Positions 20,870 to 34,995 of a stretch of 64,000 nucleotides of DNA are shown piece by piece. This DNA is from Takakia lepidozioides. Lineage: Eukaryota; Plantae; Bryophyta. The position numbers and the translations under genes are program-made. Below the pieces are notes generated by a model. That model had not been told where the DNA came from and did not search any database. It saw only the letters and a list, made by a program, of their open reading frames with translations. How positions within the stretch are numbered: the stretch's first letter is position 1; the number at the start of each line of letters is the position of its first letter. The stretch is taken from assembly GCA_030704615.1 (NCBI GenBank), contig CM060731.1:38936001-39000000 (forward strand). The letters are read 5' to 3'.

Positions 20870-22800
20870 TGGAGGAGTAAAGGGGGACTGTTATGTTCCG
20901 GTGAGCAGCCGAAGCTCCGAGTTGGCCCGGCGGCCAGTTAGGGAGTTAGGCGCCTGCATCAAAGCGAGTAACTATGACTTGAAGGGGGGGAGCTTACCGA
21001 AGTGAGGTGTGCGACAGGGTGGCTACCATGGAGGAGTTCGGAATTTTGATTCATTTCCACGGGAAGAAGGTGGACAGAGCATTCGTGCGGGATTGGGCCA
21101 TCAGGAATCTGGAGGGCCAGGCGAACTTAGACAGCAAAGTGCGAGGCTTCTATTCTATTGTTTTTGAAACACATGAAGCTGCTACTCCGGCCCTACTGTT
21201 TAACCCTCACACTAAGGGGTTCAATGTTAACATCTTTCTGTGGTCTCTAAAATGGAAAACAAAAATGGGAAGCTATGGGGGCCTCGTATCATCTCGGTTC
21301 CATACATTCCAAACCAATACTTGGTCAACCTGCCCAATATTGCCAATCATTTTGGATCATAGCTGGGATGCCTCATAGTTTTTTACTTTCAAATGTACAC
21401 TTAGAATGTGAGGCAAGACCTACCTTGGAGCTGCGTTACCATTGCATCCCAACTCCACAAAACTGGTTGCGCAAAAATAGTCCTGATGATGCCAGATGAG
21501 GACACTCTGTCTTGCTTTGCAGTCAAATTGCCAATAGATGAAGAGGGGAACTACTTTACTATCCAACTAATTGAGGACACTACTTACGCAACATGCTTTA
21601 ACTGTGGCCAGCTTGGCCACATAAAGGTTGACTGCCCTACAGCTAAGAGAAAGCGTTCCCCAACCATCCTACCTTCCAATCTGCAGAGGCCTGGCCAAGC
21701 ATTTCCACCAGCATCCAATCACCCCATTAATCAAGGTATGCAAACCCCAAGTTTGGGGCAAAGTCTGACAGTTCCTCGGACTGAGCAATTTCCAGTTCCA
21801 CCTCAACAAGACTTTCTACAAAACAGGCCCTGGCTCCGTAATCCTGCCAAGAGCCGTACATCAGTCAAGACCCAATGCAAGATGAAATAAGAGCTCATCA
21901 ATTGTGGAAAGACTCATCAAGCAAGGGAAAAGCTAAACTCAGGGAGGACTCGCATGCTATTCAACTGACATCACCAACCCGCCAACCTGGCCCCAAGGTG
22001 ACCAGAGGTATTGCTTGCAACTCCGAATTCGCCAACGCCTGTCTTCGAATGCAGGCTTCCTTCCCAAGACTGGACCTCAAAGGATGCAACGCCCTGGAGA
22101 TTGTAGAGGCCCCCAAAGCATCATGCATTACACCACTCATCTTCAGGAAAGGTAACCCACATGCCATGCTCATTACATCAGACGACCGGGAGTGCATTGA
22201 ATCACTTTGGATTACAACTTCTGACATCAAACACTTTGTAAAGACTTGTCCCCCCGACAATAACCCAAAGATTCTATTCAAACAAAAAATTCAAGATTCT
22301 TTCCACGCATTCTTACCCCATTACTTTCTTGCTCCAACCATGATTTCCTGGGGAGCATACATGGAAGCTGACCACCCAGGCCTAAGCTGTTAACCGTCAA
22401 CGCAAGTACTGGCCTTTATGGAAGAGGCTCAGATTCTACTCCTCAACCATTGATAGCTATGTGGACCTATGAAGAATGGCTCGAAACCCCTGGAGGAAGT
22501 CATAAGCTGCAGATCCAAAATCAAGATACAGTGCTGTTTAATGGTTTCCAAATGCTAGGGGCTTTCCTTGAGTCTGAAATAGAAGAGGACAATCATAGAA
22601 TGGAGATCCAAAGGACTCGAGACTTCATTAATGGAGTTAAGGCACCTGAAACTTCCTCAGCCTCCTCGGACTCCCAAGTGGACTCTTCTTCGGCAGAGGC
22701 GAAGGTCAACAAGGATGATTTGGTGACTAATGTTAGTACTCTGCACATCTCCCCACCGTCAGTCATTGACACTACTCAATTCACTTCTCAGGAGAGCTCC
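20870..22800 (+). mobile_element. Degenerate L1 ORF1 region with CCHC zinc knuckle
   Basis: RRM/DUF4283-like GFYSIVFET segment and CFNCGQLGHIKVDC at ~21594-21635; frameshifted; homologous to 2680-3170. Confidence 0.65.
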
Positions 22801-23134
22801 CAACCATTGGTTTTAACACCTAATTCTCAACTCTCTCCTAATCAGGTTCTCTCCTCACTATCTCCCTGTTTTTTCGTCCAGGTCTTTTCCAGGTTCACTA
22901 ACAGATGCTGGATGTTGTGTGGCAAAGAAAAACTTCTCTCTAGCAGGAAAAACAGGCATTTGTTTCAGTATTCAACTTGCCAGATAACATACCCTTTGGG
23001 TACTTTACCCTCGGATGGTTCCCTTGCTGAGAGGTATCCGGATCTTCATAGTTTGTTAACGACAGATTTTTTCCCAATAGGTGTTACCATCCAGTCAGTT
23101 TCCATCTCCTCAGTACCCTCAGATCAATAGCCTT

Positions 23135-23492
23135 TAATCTGTGGCCATAGTGCTGGAGATTGCTTCGGACAATTGCAGGGCCAGTCTTAACAATGTCATG
23201 AATGTGTATTCCATGGATGATAATGTTCGAAATGAATTGTATAGTTAAGCCTGCGCCCCAGCAATGTGGACTTCCGCACCCCGGCCATTGATCGTTTTGT
23301 AGCTATTCATAATGAGTTCGTGCTGGAGTTGGATATTCATGTTGTGCTAAAAAACAATCCAGAGAGGCTCATCTTGAAGGACACCATACCGCAATGTGCC
23401 TGGGGCAGGGTTGATGACATCGTCGTCACTGTCATCAGTGACCGTGTAAATTTTGCCATTTTTTCAATTGGATGTAGTGGGCCCAAACCAGT
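23135..23492 (-). pseudogene. Pectate lyase (PL1) gene fragment
   Basis: [68 protein letters not shown], then after a frameshift [23 protein letters not shown]. Confidence 0.88.
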
Positions 23493-25335
23493 TCCCTCTA
23501 AGGGGCATTTTCTTCCAAATTAGCAAGAAAAGTCCAAAGCCCCTAGATCATCTAGACTGGGTTAACTCTCTTCGCATCGATGCAGACCTAATGAGTGAGG
23601 GGCCTGTAATTACAGAGTGACATGAAGAGGTAGCAATTTACTTACCTTAGCAGATTGTATGCAAGGTAAGAAGGAAAGGGGGTCTTGGGCACATTTCATC
23701 CATATTTCGGTGCCGAAATAGGGGATCATCTGGATTCAACTCCCAACTTTGGACCAACAATAAGGCATGGCTTTGTGTGGTTACAACGCTTCCTAGATGT
23801 GGAGAAAGGAGGAGAAGACAGCTACTTATATCGTCATTCGACAACACCTGGGGCAAAAACATTATCCTCTGCACCCGCATATCCACATCATCAGTCACAT
23901 GGCACTCTGACCTCCCCTCGTCCTGGCAGATCCCCAGCGGAAGGTGCAGATCCAGAGGTCAATTGGCACCACCGCAAACTCAGTCTTCCGAAGTCCAAGG
24001 CTCATTTAGATTTTGCAAATGTGGCCTAGGACTCCATCTTTCTCACTCAGCACAATTTATTGGCTGATGTTGCTTCTTTTCTTACTATCAACTTGTTTTG
24101 CTTCAGTTCTTCTGTGTTCTGATGAAATAGTTTTCCTCAACCTTCTTGTTCACTTCTCTTTTGTAGGTCCTAGAAGATACCCTATGTGTTCTTGCCTTCA
24201 TGGCCTTCTAGCGGTTACTTTTTCCACTATCTATTCCTCATTTACCTTTTAAACAAAGATTTTCAGGGCCACTGACCCCTGTTTATCAAAAGAAGTATGA
24301 AAAACAGTATGATCTGCTAAAAATGTGACTTTAATGTTTTTCCCCAGCAATTTCACATTTGGCTTGTTGAAGGGTGTTACAGCGCACCACCTTGAATGCA
24401 GCATTGGTAAGTAACAATTTGATAGAGTCACTGCCCATTCTCTTTACTGTTACTCACTTGTGCCCTTCCAAGTTGAAACTTCATCTGTGAGATATAACAA
24501 AATAAATGTATTTGGTAGAATGTGCTTTCGACGTAGTGATACTTAAATGTTTACCATTAGATGGTTTTCCCCCACCTCTCTCTTATTCAGTATTCTGAGG
24601 GTCTTTCACCCTGCCCAGAGATATGATTTTCTATAGTGTTGCTATGTTATTCCAAGCAAGGACAGATATCGATTTGATCTTACAGATCTAGATAACCACA
24701 ACACAGGAGTAGAGCACAGCAGATTGCCAATTATATTGGACTGGAGTGGACACCTGAATACCGCAAGCAAGTTGTGAAGGAAAACACTTCAACTGAGCTA
24801 CAAAATTTTCAATATCGACAACTCTTATCCCCTCTAAGACTCTGTCATATCTCTGGCTTGACTACTACCGTACTTGGACAAAATGATTCACAGATTTAGT
24901 GGGATTCCAGCTGAAAACTGTAAAAGTGCAGCAAGGCTTACCATCCTCAATGAAAGGTACCGATTGTGCTTCTGCAAACGCTATAGTTGAACTAAGGAGT
25001 CATCAGACATTCCATAATTAGCATGAGGTCTAATTTCATCAAGATAGATAGCGCAACATTTAAGAAACAATATGTGAGAGAATGCATTGTGATGATCCCA
25101 TCTCAATGAAGCAATTCAGGGTTCACATTGGACACTTTCAATTCAGGACGTCTAAGGACTGCAATACAAAAAAATTCATGGTATGGTTAGAAGAGTGCTC
25201 AAAATACACGAGGGACAGTATGATGATTATTGACAGGAGTGTCTGTGGAGGGCTGCACCGAATCTTCAGTTACTAAATCTCAATTCTCAGATTGCTGAAC
25301 AGCTGTGCTTATCTGGTCCAAACTGGCGGCCACCC

Positions 25336-27691
25336 TCACTTCCCTGAGAATGTTAGGACACAGTGTTGATCGTTGTCAAGAGTTTGTGTGGAGGGCTGCG
25401 CCACTGCATCTTCAATTGCTGAATCTGCATTCCCAGATTGCTGTGCATCTGTGCTTGTCTGGCCCAAAGTGGCTTCCTCACTTGAGGTTGTGTCGAGATC
25501 GTTGGGGTGCACTAGATCTGTAGCTTGTAACTCTCTCCTATCTCCGCCATCATCCAGCTGCTCGTGCTCATCAAAAACCTCCTGCGATGTTGGGACAAAA
25601 ATGTCTGGACCTGCAGCGGAGTCTATGTACGGTGGTGCTGAGAGTTGCAACTTTAGAATGCTTATCTCAGCCCCAGGATCTGCTCTAGCCGGAACCGCGG
25701 TGGAGTTCGACTGCTCAAGGTGGGCATGTCTGGCACTGTCACCATCACCAGTGTTATTTCGCTGGGCACCATCAGTAGCATCAGAATCAGGATGAGTAAT
25801 TGACAGGACATGTACAGAGAGTTGTGAAGGACCATCTCCGAAAGATTGCATGGTGGTCGGTTGTTCTTGTTCATTTCCATCATCGTTGCATTCCTCTCCT
25901 GTGGAATCGCTACCGCCAGCTTGTGTCCGCGAAGTTGACGCTGGGTCTCCAGTCAGCTGGACGGGGATGCTGGTTGCACCTGGGGGATGTCTTGCCAACG
26001 GGGAACGGCCCAGAGTCCTCAAGGCGAAAGCAAGCTCAAAGGCTGCCACAGTGCCCCGCGCTGCCTGCACAGGCGTAAGGAGAGCGACGAGCTCTTGTAA
26101 AGTCTGCAGCCGCAATCTCTCAGCCTGTATCGTGAGCCCTCGAAGACTTTCCACGTTGGCTTCTAATACCTTCCTCACTCGAAGACTATTGCCATGCCGC
26201 GAGGAATTGCTAGTTGAGGGTTCAGATGGTCCAGGAAGTGCGGACATCATCTGCTGGTCAGCCACAAGCATCTGCACAGCTTCCATCGCGATTGCACAAA
26301 GTACGGCAATCTTAAACTTTACAACTTGTCAAACGATACAAAATGAAAAAGGCCCTGGGGTGCCGGGCAGTACACCAGAAGAAGACGGGAATTACATCAA
26401 TAGTATTCTACGAGAGCGGCGTCTGTAAGAAAGGGGTGAGGGGACGGAACGGCGCTGGCAAACAGAGAGGGATGCGACAGAGAGATACATTTCTAAAACA
26501 AGAGCAACCTCAAAAGGATTGCCAAAGATTGCAAGGGACGACATGAGGGTCACACCTGAAGCATAGCCAGCCGATCAGTAAGCTCTGCCTCAGCCTGACG
26601 AGTGTGCCGCTGCAGAATGTCCATGCGTTCTTCCTGGCGGTCCGACAGCAGCAAGGCCGGAAGGAAGAGCTGCGAGTTGACAGGACGGGCACGCTCCACT
26701 TCATTACCCATCTCGACAGCCTTGAGAGAGAAGACAAGAAGTATGGCGGATGTTGGCCTCCACCCACCCAACCACATGAAGGCAACCTCCAGAGGCGAAT
26801 ACCGACGATCTGCATAACCTCAGCTTAGGACCTGGAATATTAGAGGTCAGCTGACACTGCACTCCCCTGGGACGTTAAGAAATCTGTCTTTCTTCCCTCA
26901 TCATACACTAGTGTGTTTGTCGCAAACAGTTTCTTGGTTCAGAATTTGTACCATCTTATAGCACTTCTGCATTCTAAGTCAGGGAACAGCGCCTTCTGGA
27001 CAGGGCCCATGAGAGTTGCCGGTATTGTTGGAATTTCCCAATATCAAAGTCTGCCGAGCATTTGTGCCGTGACTTGCTTCTTCTTACATGATAAGAAAAC
27101 TGGTCAATTTCTCTCTCGGATGTGAAAGTGTGGACACATTGTTGAAGTGGGTTTTCGATGTAAACCTGCGGCTGTATGGAAGTGGTTGCTTGAACTACCA
27201 AGCCAAACACCTTTATTTAAATGGGCGCTACACATAAGTGTCAACCAAGAAATAATCCTCGAAAACAGAGTATGATTCAAATTGATTCTACCGAGAGTCT
27301 GCTTCAGTCCGTGAGAGATGACCAAATGTGGTAAAGCCAATCACGCTCCAGTAACTCGACGGAGTGCACCACCTGGTCCTCGTGGACACTGCTGCTAAAA
27401 TTAAGCAAGTGAAATTTCTGTATCACCCAGAGAGGACGGACTGGAAGAGGAAATACCTGAAGAAACCGAGTGCACTGCATCCTCCTTGGAAGAGGGAGTT
27501 GCGTCAGGAGGGGAGGAATACAAAGAGAAGCACTCCTCAAGTAGTTGATGCAAGTCCGCATCCCGGCCTGGATCCTGGGACACCAGCATTGATCGCAGCT
27601 GCTTCACATTCACCTTCCATTTCCGCCACCACTCATCCTCTGAATCCCCACTCTCCTTCCCCCCTCGCCCTCCGCCCTCCCCCGTTGCCAT
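25336..27691 (-). CDS. DOG1-domain protein (DOG1-like paralog 1), 3 exons, ~474 aa
   Basis: Exons 27691-27457, 26809-26556, 26271-25336 with GT-AG sites and consistent phases. Motifs SPLEVAFMWLGGWRPTS, LSDRQEERMDILQRHTRQAEAELTDRLAMLQ, QAERLRLQTLQELVALLTPVQAA. No bZIP region. Confidence 0.88.
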
Positions 27692-28065
27692 CTCTGTTAT
27701 CTCAACCCTCCAGACAAACTCCCACTATATCGAAGAAATACGTGCGATCTTCTTGAGTAAATAGTGTACACGATCTCCACTATTTCTGCCGAAGGTTTCA
27801 CCGGGCAAGTAATCATGCCTTTCGAGATTCACAGCTTCAATTGTCAATCTTTCTCCCACCAAATCGCTCACATTCCCTTCACTAGCTCAGAAGAATCCTG
27901 TCAGACTCTCTCTCTCTCAAGATCAAATCTTTCAGTTTCAGCTCCTCCGAACAGCAATCCCGCTCAGCGCAGCTCGCAATTTCACTGTCGCAGTGAACAC
28001 TAGACACGGCCTTCAGCGGATGCGACTTGCTCGCCAGATATTTTGTCCGTGAACTCACACAACTC

Positions 28066-28417
28066 GACACGTTGCAGATTCGTAGCGCGCGTCGGTTGCG
28101 CCAAGGAGAAAGAGCCAGGTGGCGGTCACTAAGCACAAAAGTGAAGTTGACAGTTTCTGGCGGCGCGACACGTCGTCCGGCGATCCGGATGAGCTTTTGT
28201 CGTAAACCTGGATGAACTCAACGACCTCTGGATGAATATGCTCTGCATACAGCGGACATCGGATGAGAAATGGGCGGCCAACCAATGGCGCCCAGTCCGC
28301 GCGTCGCTTGCCGATGCGAGGCCCCGTCACATCCGACGGCCACAGTGTGATGTTGCCCTATCCAGAAGGCCACCACGTGCCCCCATCGACTCCGGCCACG
28401 AGAGGATGGTACGTGTC
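28066..28417. promoter_or_regulatory. ABRE/G-box cluster upstream of DOG1-like 1
   Basis: GACACGT at 28066 and 28167, CACGTG at 28374, ACGTGTC at 28411. Confidence 0.45.
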
Positions 28418-30110
28418 ACCCTTTTACAGCGCCAGATCGGGTGGCATTGTTGCAGTAGTGCCACCCTTTCAGACTAGTGCACCTACATACCCCTAGTAGT
28501 GGCAACGTCCTAGAGACATTACCTCCAGGACGGTTGCTTCAACGAGGAAGCAGGGTTGTGGAAACGCAAAACTAGGATGCATGTTCCAAGTTATAATAGA
28601 TGTTACACTAGGAATTACCTTCGGGGAGGTAAGGGTGTCTGTCTGGATCTGCTTTATAATTACCTCCAGGAAGGTAATATATTTACCTCCACAGTGCTTC
28701 AGAAAGTGGATATGCAAACAAGTGAATCACTCAGATACTGGAGGATCACTGTTTCAAGAGGGGTTGGCCTTCTCACATATCTGCTTCTGTGGATCTTGGT
28801 ATGTAGAGAAATGTAAGCGTGGAAAGCCGGTAGGCTATGTTGGTAGTACTTGATTTTGGCAGGGAGTGGCGATGGTGATGGGGAGGATCTGTGTCGGATG
28901 GCCCACACAGACCACACTGCATATTCAACTTCTCCCTTGCAATCCGCACTCATCTCCGGAAGTTGGTTCGCTTTTTCGCATTCTCCTTTACAGCTTCACA
29001 GGGCCCACCAGCACCTGAGCAAAACAGGCCTTCACAGCAGTGATGAGCAATTCTCGCCACATAACTTGTATAGATCTATGTAGCCTCATTATGTCATGAG
29101 CGTACTTCTCATGTGCCGTTTGAGGGCGCAAAACACATGATAATTGAGTGAAACAGAGACCTACACAAGGGTCAGAGAATAGCCTTGGTTTTCTAGGGAC
29201 AGTCCCTGGCAAAATCCAATGCAGCAGGAGCGGGATATGAGAGTGTCAGAGGGCGACCTTACGCTCATGAGAAGGTTAAGCACGGATCATCAGAAGCTGG
29301 CTGGCAGCAGTGTCATGGTACCGCAAGGGGGTTGGCCTTCATGAATACATTCACCAATCTCACAGGAAAAGAAAACCCACAGCCTGAGTCTTGTACTAAC
29401 AATAAGAGCTAGAGATCATGCGTACAACATGGGTTTGATAATTGGAGCTGATAGTTCCGTAGCTGGAACATATTTGTTTTGTATGATTAGTGTGACCAGC
29501 CAACAAGATGATAAGCAGCAGCCCACTTGAGATGCAAAGATGATGACGTTGGAGTGCTGTTGATGATGAGAGAGGACATCATTTCGATCATTGCACTGTA
29601 ACCGTGCCTATAATACCTCATCTAATGATGGTGGAAAAATCTAACCCTGAAGTTTCATGGTTGTAATCCCCTGTAAGATGCCCTACCGACCACGTCCGGG
29701 GCATCTGACTTAAAATAAATAAATAAAGAGGGGATACAAGCCCTCAATTTGGTTTTTGATTTTATGAAGGGCTTCCTGAAGGGAAGTTTACTAAAGTGTA
29801 TTGTTCCAAAGTACAACCAGAATGCTTGTATGCAATCTGACCCTATGACCAACCACACTTTTCCACAACTTTTTGAAGGTTTTTGGGGTGCGCAGCATGG
29901 TCAGCCTCGGTATGTATTGTATAGAAAGATGATATGGAGTGCATGTCCGAGCATGCTTCAAAAGATTTGGAGATGGGTTTTTGATAATGCATCTTTTGTC
30001 CAACAATTATATTATATTTGTTCCAAACAAGGGGTTGGAAGATGTTTCACATATTACAACAAAACTAGTGTCAAAGGGGGGAAAAAAGTGCGGACAAGTG
30101 TTACTATTCA

Positions 30111-30743
30111 CACGTGAACTTTTCGAAAGTGTTGGCCATGTGGCTGGACGGTAATGTACAAGTGTCCGTGTATGAAAAGCGCAGGTTTGGTTCCCCGGAG
30201 GTGAAGGGATCCAAGTCAATCTCCTCCGATGACATGTTACCGTGTTAGCTCCCTCGCTCCCATGCTCCTCCCCACGGGGACACGTTCAGTGAGGCTGTGG
30301 GCGACTCTCACAGGCTCCGATGATCTCGTGACGTAGAGTCTACCTACATGAGAGTGATGACCGTTAGAGTAGAGCTCCACCACGTTCACCTCTCATATTG
30401 GGTCCGAATCAATCACCATTCTCTGCTCGACAAACAGTAGGTCCCACCTCTTCCCTCGAATGTATGTGAAGGACACCTTGGTCCGACAGCGAAGTGCAGT
30501 GAGGCAAAATGGTGCAATATCCCTGCAAAAGCACAGCAAAGCAAAGCAAAGCAAAAGCCGGAACCAGGATGATCAACTGAGAGGAAGAATGAGAGAGAGA
30601 GAGAAGGCAGACGTGAGGAGTCAAACGCGCAGAGGTTGGAAAATATCTGCGCTTTTGCAGTCCAAGATTTTTCAGTTGCCGGGAAGGCCCGTGACCCCGC
30701 GGCCGTGATCTTCTCCCACCCGCGTGCCACCTGTCCGCCACGT
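30111..30743. promoter_or_regulatory. ABRE/G-box/CE3-like cluster upstream of DOG1-like 2
   Basis: CACGTG at 30111, GACACGT at 30279, CCGCGTG at 30720, GCCACGT at 30737. Confidence 0.35.
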
Positions 30744-31626
30744 CGCCGGAGCAGCCTTTCACCGACATCGCGTTTTCGTACTCTGTCTTGATCCTTTATG
30801 AACCGGCTGCGCCATCCCTTTTTGTGCAGGACAGATCTAGACTTTGCACAAGAAGCTGCCACATCTGTCTCTGTGGGTGAGATTGCGGAAGGAATTTCGA
30901 ACCCTTCGAATGCTGTGTGCTTAGCTGGTTGTCACATCCTCTTTTGTGTGAAAGGTGTGAGTTTGCCTTTCGGTAAGTTTTTGTGTAAGCATTGATGAAT
31001 GCTGGAGTCGTATGTGAAGAGAACTGAAAGACTTGTTTGCTGGAAGCAATCATAGGGTGCAGAGCAGAGCTCTCGCTTATTGTGTAATTGTAGAGCTGGT
31101 AGCTCAATTGATGAGTACAGTTTGCAAAAGGCCAGTACATTCCAAGACCTCGAGTCTCCTCTAGGTGTGTGCAATTCTGTTCTGTCGCATTCAGTTCCTT
31201 GAAATCTAGATGTCACTACATATCATCTGCATTACCCACATTGCGTGTGGCCTGAAAAGTTCATTGAGTATCGGGCCTCTTCGTGTCTCCTGGAAAATTG
31301 TATGGAATCACACCGGGTCGCTTGTGAGCACCCGAGGTGATCTGTTTACGGTTTTCAGGTCGCAGTCTGAGGCTAATACGGGAGTGACGGAATACCACTC
31401 GCGAAATAAGCTTTGATGCTCTTTCAGGTGCGAAAAACATTCGTTTTTCTCACTTCTCTTCAGTACACAGGGCTGTCTTTGAAATCTGAATCTTTCGGAG
31501 GTATGGGCAGTCAGTATCCGCTCTGAATTTTGTGTTCATACATACACTCCAGCCATCACGGACAGGATCCACACCGAAGCAAATTTTCTCGGCTTGTTAA
31601 ACACTGTCCCAGCAGTTGGACTTTTC

Positions 31627-33683
31627 ATGGAAGAGACAGAGATGGGGAAAGGGGAAACGAGCTCCGGTAAAAGTCCCATGGAATCGGATGGGGGTTCGTT
31701 GGAGGAGGTAGGACGGTGGTGGGGAGAGTGCCGGCCTCACATTCGGATGCTACGGTCTGCCTTGGTTTCTAGGACAGCTGCGAGAGATGTAGAGGGCCCC
31801 TTGCAAGGCTGTGTGACGCTATACATGGCGAATATTCAACATCCAACCTTAACAGATGAGAACACAGTCTTGGCTGCTTTATCTGGTATGCCATTCTTCC
31901 TCTTGACCAACTCTGTCTTTGAACTGGTTGAGACATTTTCGGTGTTTGTTTTTTTTCTATGCTTTTGGATGTTTTGAGAGAGTCGAGATAGGCACATCGA
32001 ACAGCCGCTAACCTTCGTCCGATCTCTTTGTTTTTTTCATTTCTTTGCAAGAAAGAAGAGACACTTTACTGAGAGAGCACATCAAAGCCAGAAAAACTTA
32101 GAGAAAAGGTGGGAGGAGAGAGGGGGGGGGGGGGGCGCGGGAGGGACCCTGGACCAAAAGACGCAGCGGGAGTTCATCTTTCAAGGAAGAAAAGGAACTC
32201 TTCATTTTTTTGAAAATCTTCCGAACTTCTCAGCCTTTCTTACGGACTTTGAAGACTTGTGGTTGAGTTTGGCTTTCCTCTTCAAGTTCCATGACTCTAG
32301 TATGGAATGCGTCAGGCACGCCAGTGTTTCGTCACCCAAAAGCGTGCCATCAGTGTGACAATGTACAAATAGGTGTTTTATAGCAGAGGTCAATGTTTGT
32401 GATTGTAGGGAGTTGGGCGACTCCGCTGGAGGCATCATTTATGTGGCTAGGGGGATGGCGGCCAACTTCAGCTCTTCTATTGGTATACTCGCTTATGGGC
32501 GTACAAGTTGAAAATGAGATTCTTAATTTCAAGAACGGAGTTCAAAAAGGAGTGGGGAGACCTGCAGCAGTCTTGTCAGAAAAGCAGTTAGTTAGAATGC
32601 AAATATTACAGAAGCATACACGACAAACTGAGCTGAAGCTGTCAAAGAGACTAGCAGTCGTACAGGTTATATCTCACTCTCTCGCTCAATCATTCTCTCT
32701 CCTCATCTTATGGGTTTGCCGCAAGAAAGGGGATTTTCCAACCCAGTGATTGTTATGAGGATAGAAGGGCAGAAACATAACTCAAGAAATCACAGTGAGG
32801 AAAACAGAAAAGAGAGAACGTGTGTGCGGTTGTGTGAGAGAGCCACTGCTCTCTGTAAACCATGTGTGCATGTGTGAGCAGTTTTTCAACTGTGTCTGCA
32901 GCATTTTGGTAAAGCAGAGCTGTGCCTGCTTCTGTGGTATGCAAGCCTTCAGCTGGTAGAGAAAAGCTGCTGCTGTGGACCTACCACCTTAACCGAATGA
33001 TGTGTGTCGTTGCTAGAGCGGCCTGCCTAAATTTGTTTGAGAAGTAGTAGAGAGAGTTGAGGAAATGGCAGCAGCACAATATGAAGCGGGTGGCATAACT
33101 GTAGGTTTTGCCATTTGATCCTGGGAAAATCTAAAAAGGTTGGACGGCACTCATGCAGATGCTTGTAAGCGATCAAGATGTGCACCAAGCCGTAATGCTA
33201 GATTTGTCGGCGTCTAGAACTGATGAAATGCTGGAGTTAAGACAAGTTTTCAAGCCTCGAATTTCAAGAATAAGGAAATTGCTGATTCAAGCAGAACAAC
33301 TGCGCTTACGCACACTGCAGCAACTTTTCATGGTTCTCAGTTCTGTTCAATTAGCCCATTGTGGAGTGGCAGCCTTTGAACTAGCCTTCATGTTGTATGC
33401 TTTGGGAAACGCACCCCCAGAGAAAAGAGCCATCTCTTCGTCTCATTGTATCATACAGTTACCTCCCAGTGGGTTGTGTCATCCGGGAGCTGGGCTCAGG
33501 CAGTCAATAGAAGTAGGCAATGAACCAGTTGGGGAACAACATAAGGGCGTAGATGACCAATTGCAAAAGGTAACTGCGATATCTTCTGGGTCATTTACTG
33601 CTAGCAGTGCATTGGCTGTGGCATCAACTTCATCATCGTCACCTGAATCAGCAGACAAGAGTTTGAAGGCTTGTGAACTTTGA
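31627..33683 (+). CDS. DOG1-domain protein (DOG1-like paralog 2), 3 exons, ~346 aa
   Basis: Exons 31627-31885, 32409-32665, 33159-33683; motifs WATPLEASFMWLGGWRPTS and QAEQLRLRTLQQL; same intron positions and phases as paralog 1. Confidence 0.88.
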
Positions 33684-34995
33684 CTGTGTGTAGTCTTAGA
33701 CCTTATGTGAAGTTTGACTCTCTTTGAACACTTGCTGCTGAACTTGGGCAACAGTGCAAATCATCAACATTGCCTTGACTGGCATGCTTGCGGAGGTAGG
33801 CCTTTCTGGGAAATTGAGCATTGCAAAATGTCATTTGGAAAATGGTGTGGTCAAGATTGGTAATTAGACAGGTTTACAGCAGCAGTATATTTCGGTCCTG
33901 TAGAGGGCTTCCACTGGTTAAGTTGATTGGTTAGACTTACACCCTGTGAGTAAGCCGGCTAAGTCAAATGCAGCTCTACATGCGTCTTCTGATTGGAGTT
34001 TCAAAGACATGGGAAGGAAAGGGAGCAATCAGGCAGGGCAGCACAAGACCATCAATGACAACGTCATCAACGGTAACATGGGTTTTCAGGAATGAACCTG
34101 TTTTCTTGAAGGTTTTGGTTTCTACATAATGTGTGTTGTCCATTTCATTCCCGTTGCTAGGTGCAATATGCAATTGCACTGCCAACGTGTTTTTCTAACC
34201 TGCATGTCGTGTGAAGTGGTTGTTGGTAATATGTCCCTAGAGAGTTTTGTTTGTTTACCTTGTGAACCTGGTGCTGGGGTAAACCAAAGCATTTTGAGTG
34301 CCTGCCCAACCATCAGCTCTTTTATACCTAGGTATTGGCTGTTGTACTTGGAAGGGTTTTTCATAGAAGTATCATTGTTCAGTGCTCTTTGAGGCAGCTG
34401 CTAAGCTTGCCAGCATGTACTCGGGCTTCATTTGTTCCAGGAAGGGTCCTATTATGGACATTTAATAAAATTGACTCATTTCCATCCCCTCAAAGCATCC
34501 GTTAGGACAAGTTGAGCTTGTTTTTCTTGACCTTCCAGTTACCAGTATCTGCAATGTCTTATTTACTTTTTCCTCCCCTTCCTTCTGAAAAGTGTATGTT
34601 GTTCGGCATTGCAGTCAACTTCATGGCTGCTTTCAAGTTTTATTTATAAATATCAGCAATCTCCTAAGACATTCTTCTGCACTGATTGTATATTGTATGT
34701 TAGGAAACATTACTTGCGCATCATCTTGCAAGATTCCTAGTACAGGGCTCTGCTTGACAAAAAAGGCTACATTAATGAACAACTCCCCTGTAAATCCTCA
34801 TTTCTGCCTCACGCTCCCCCCTCATTCTTCCATATGTGATAGAAAGGCTCATTCTTCCATATATGATAGAAAACTTCACTTTGCACCTTAGGCTTCCTTC
34901 ATAGCAGCATTCATAATTTATTACATTTCCTGTAATCATTAGGAGAACTGCACAAGTTCAGTATAGTGTTCTCCTAAGTTGTGCATGGTGCGAAC

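Noticed and set aside
24330-25280. Exon-like pieces with AG/GT boundaries downstream of DOG1-like 1
   Set aside because: Could not assemble a frame or recognise a protein family.
25373-26428. Long plus-strand ORFs (140 and 192 aa), and similar ones opposite pol and mTERF
   Set aside because: Antisense shadows of real coding sequences.
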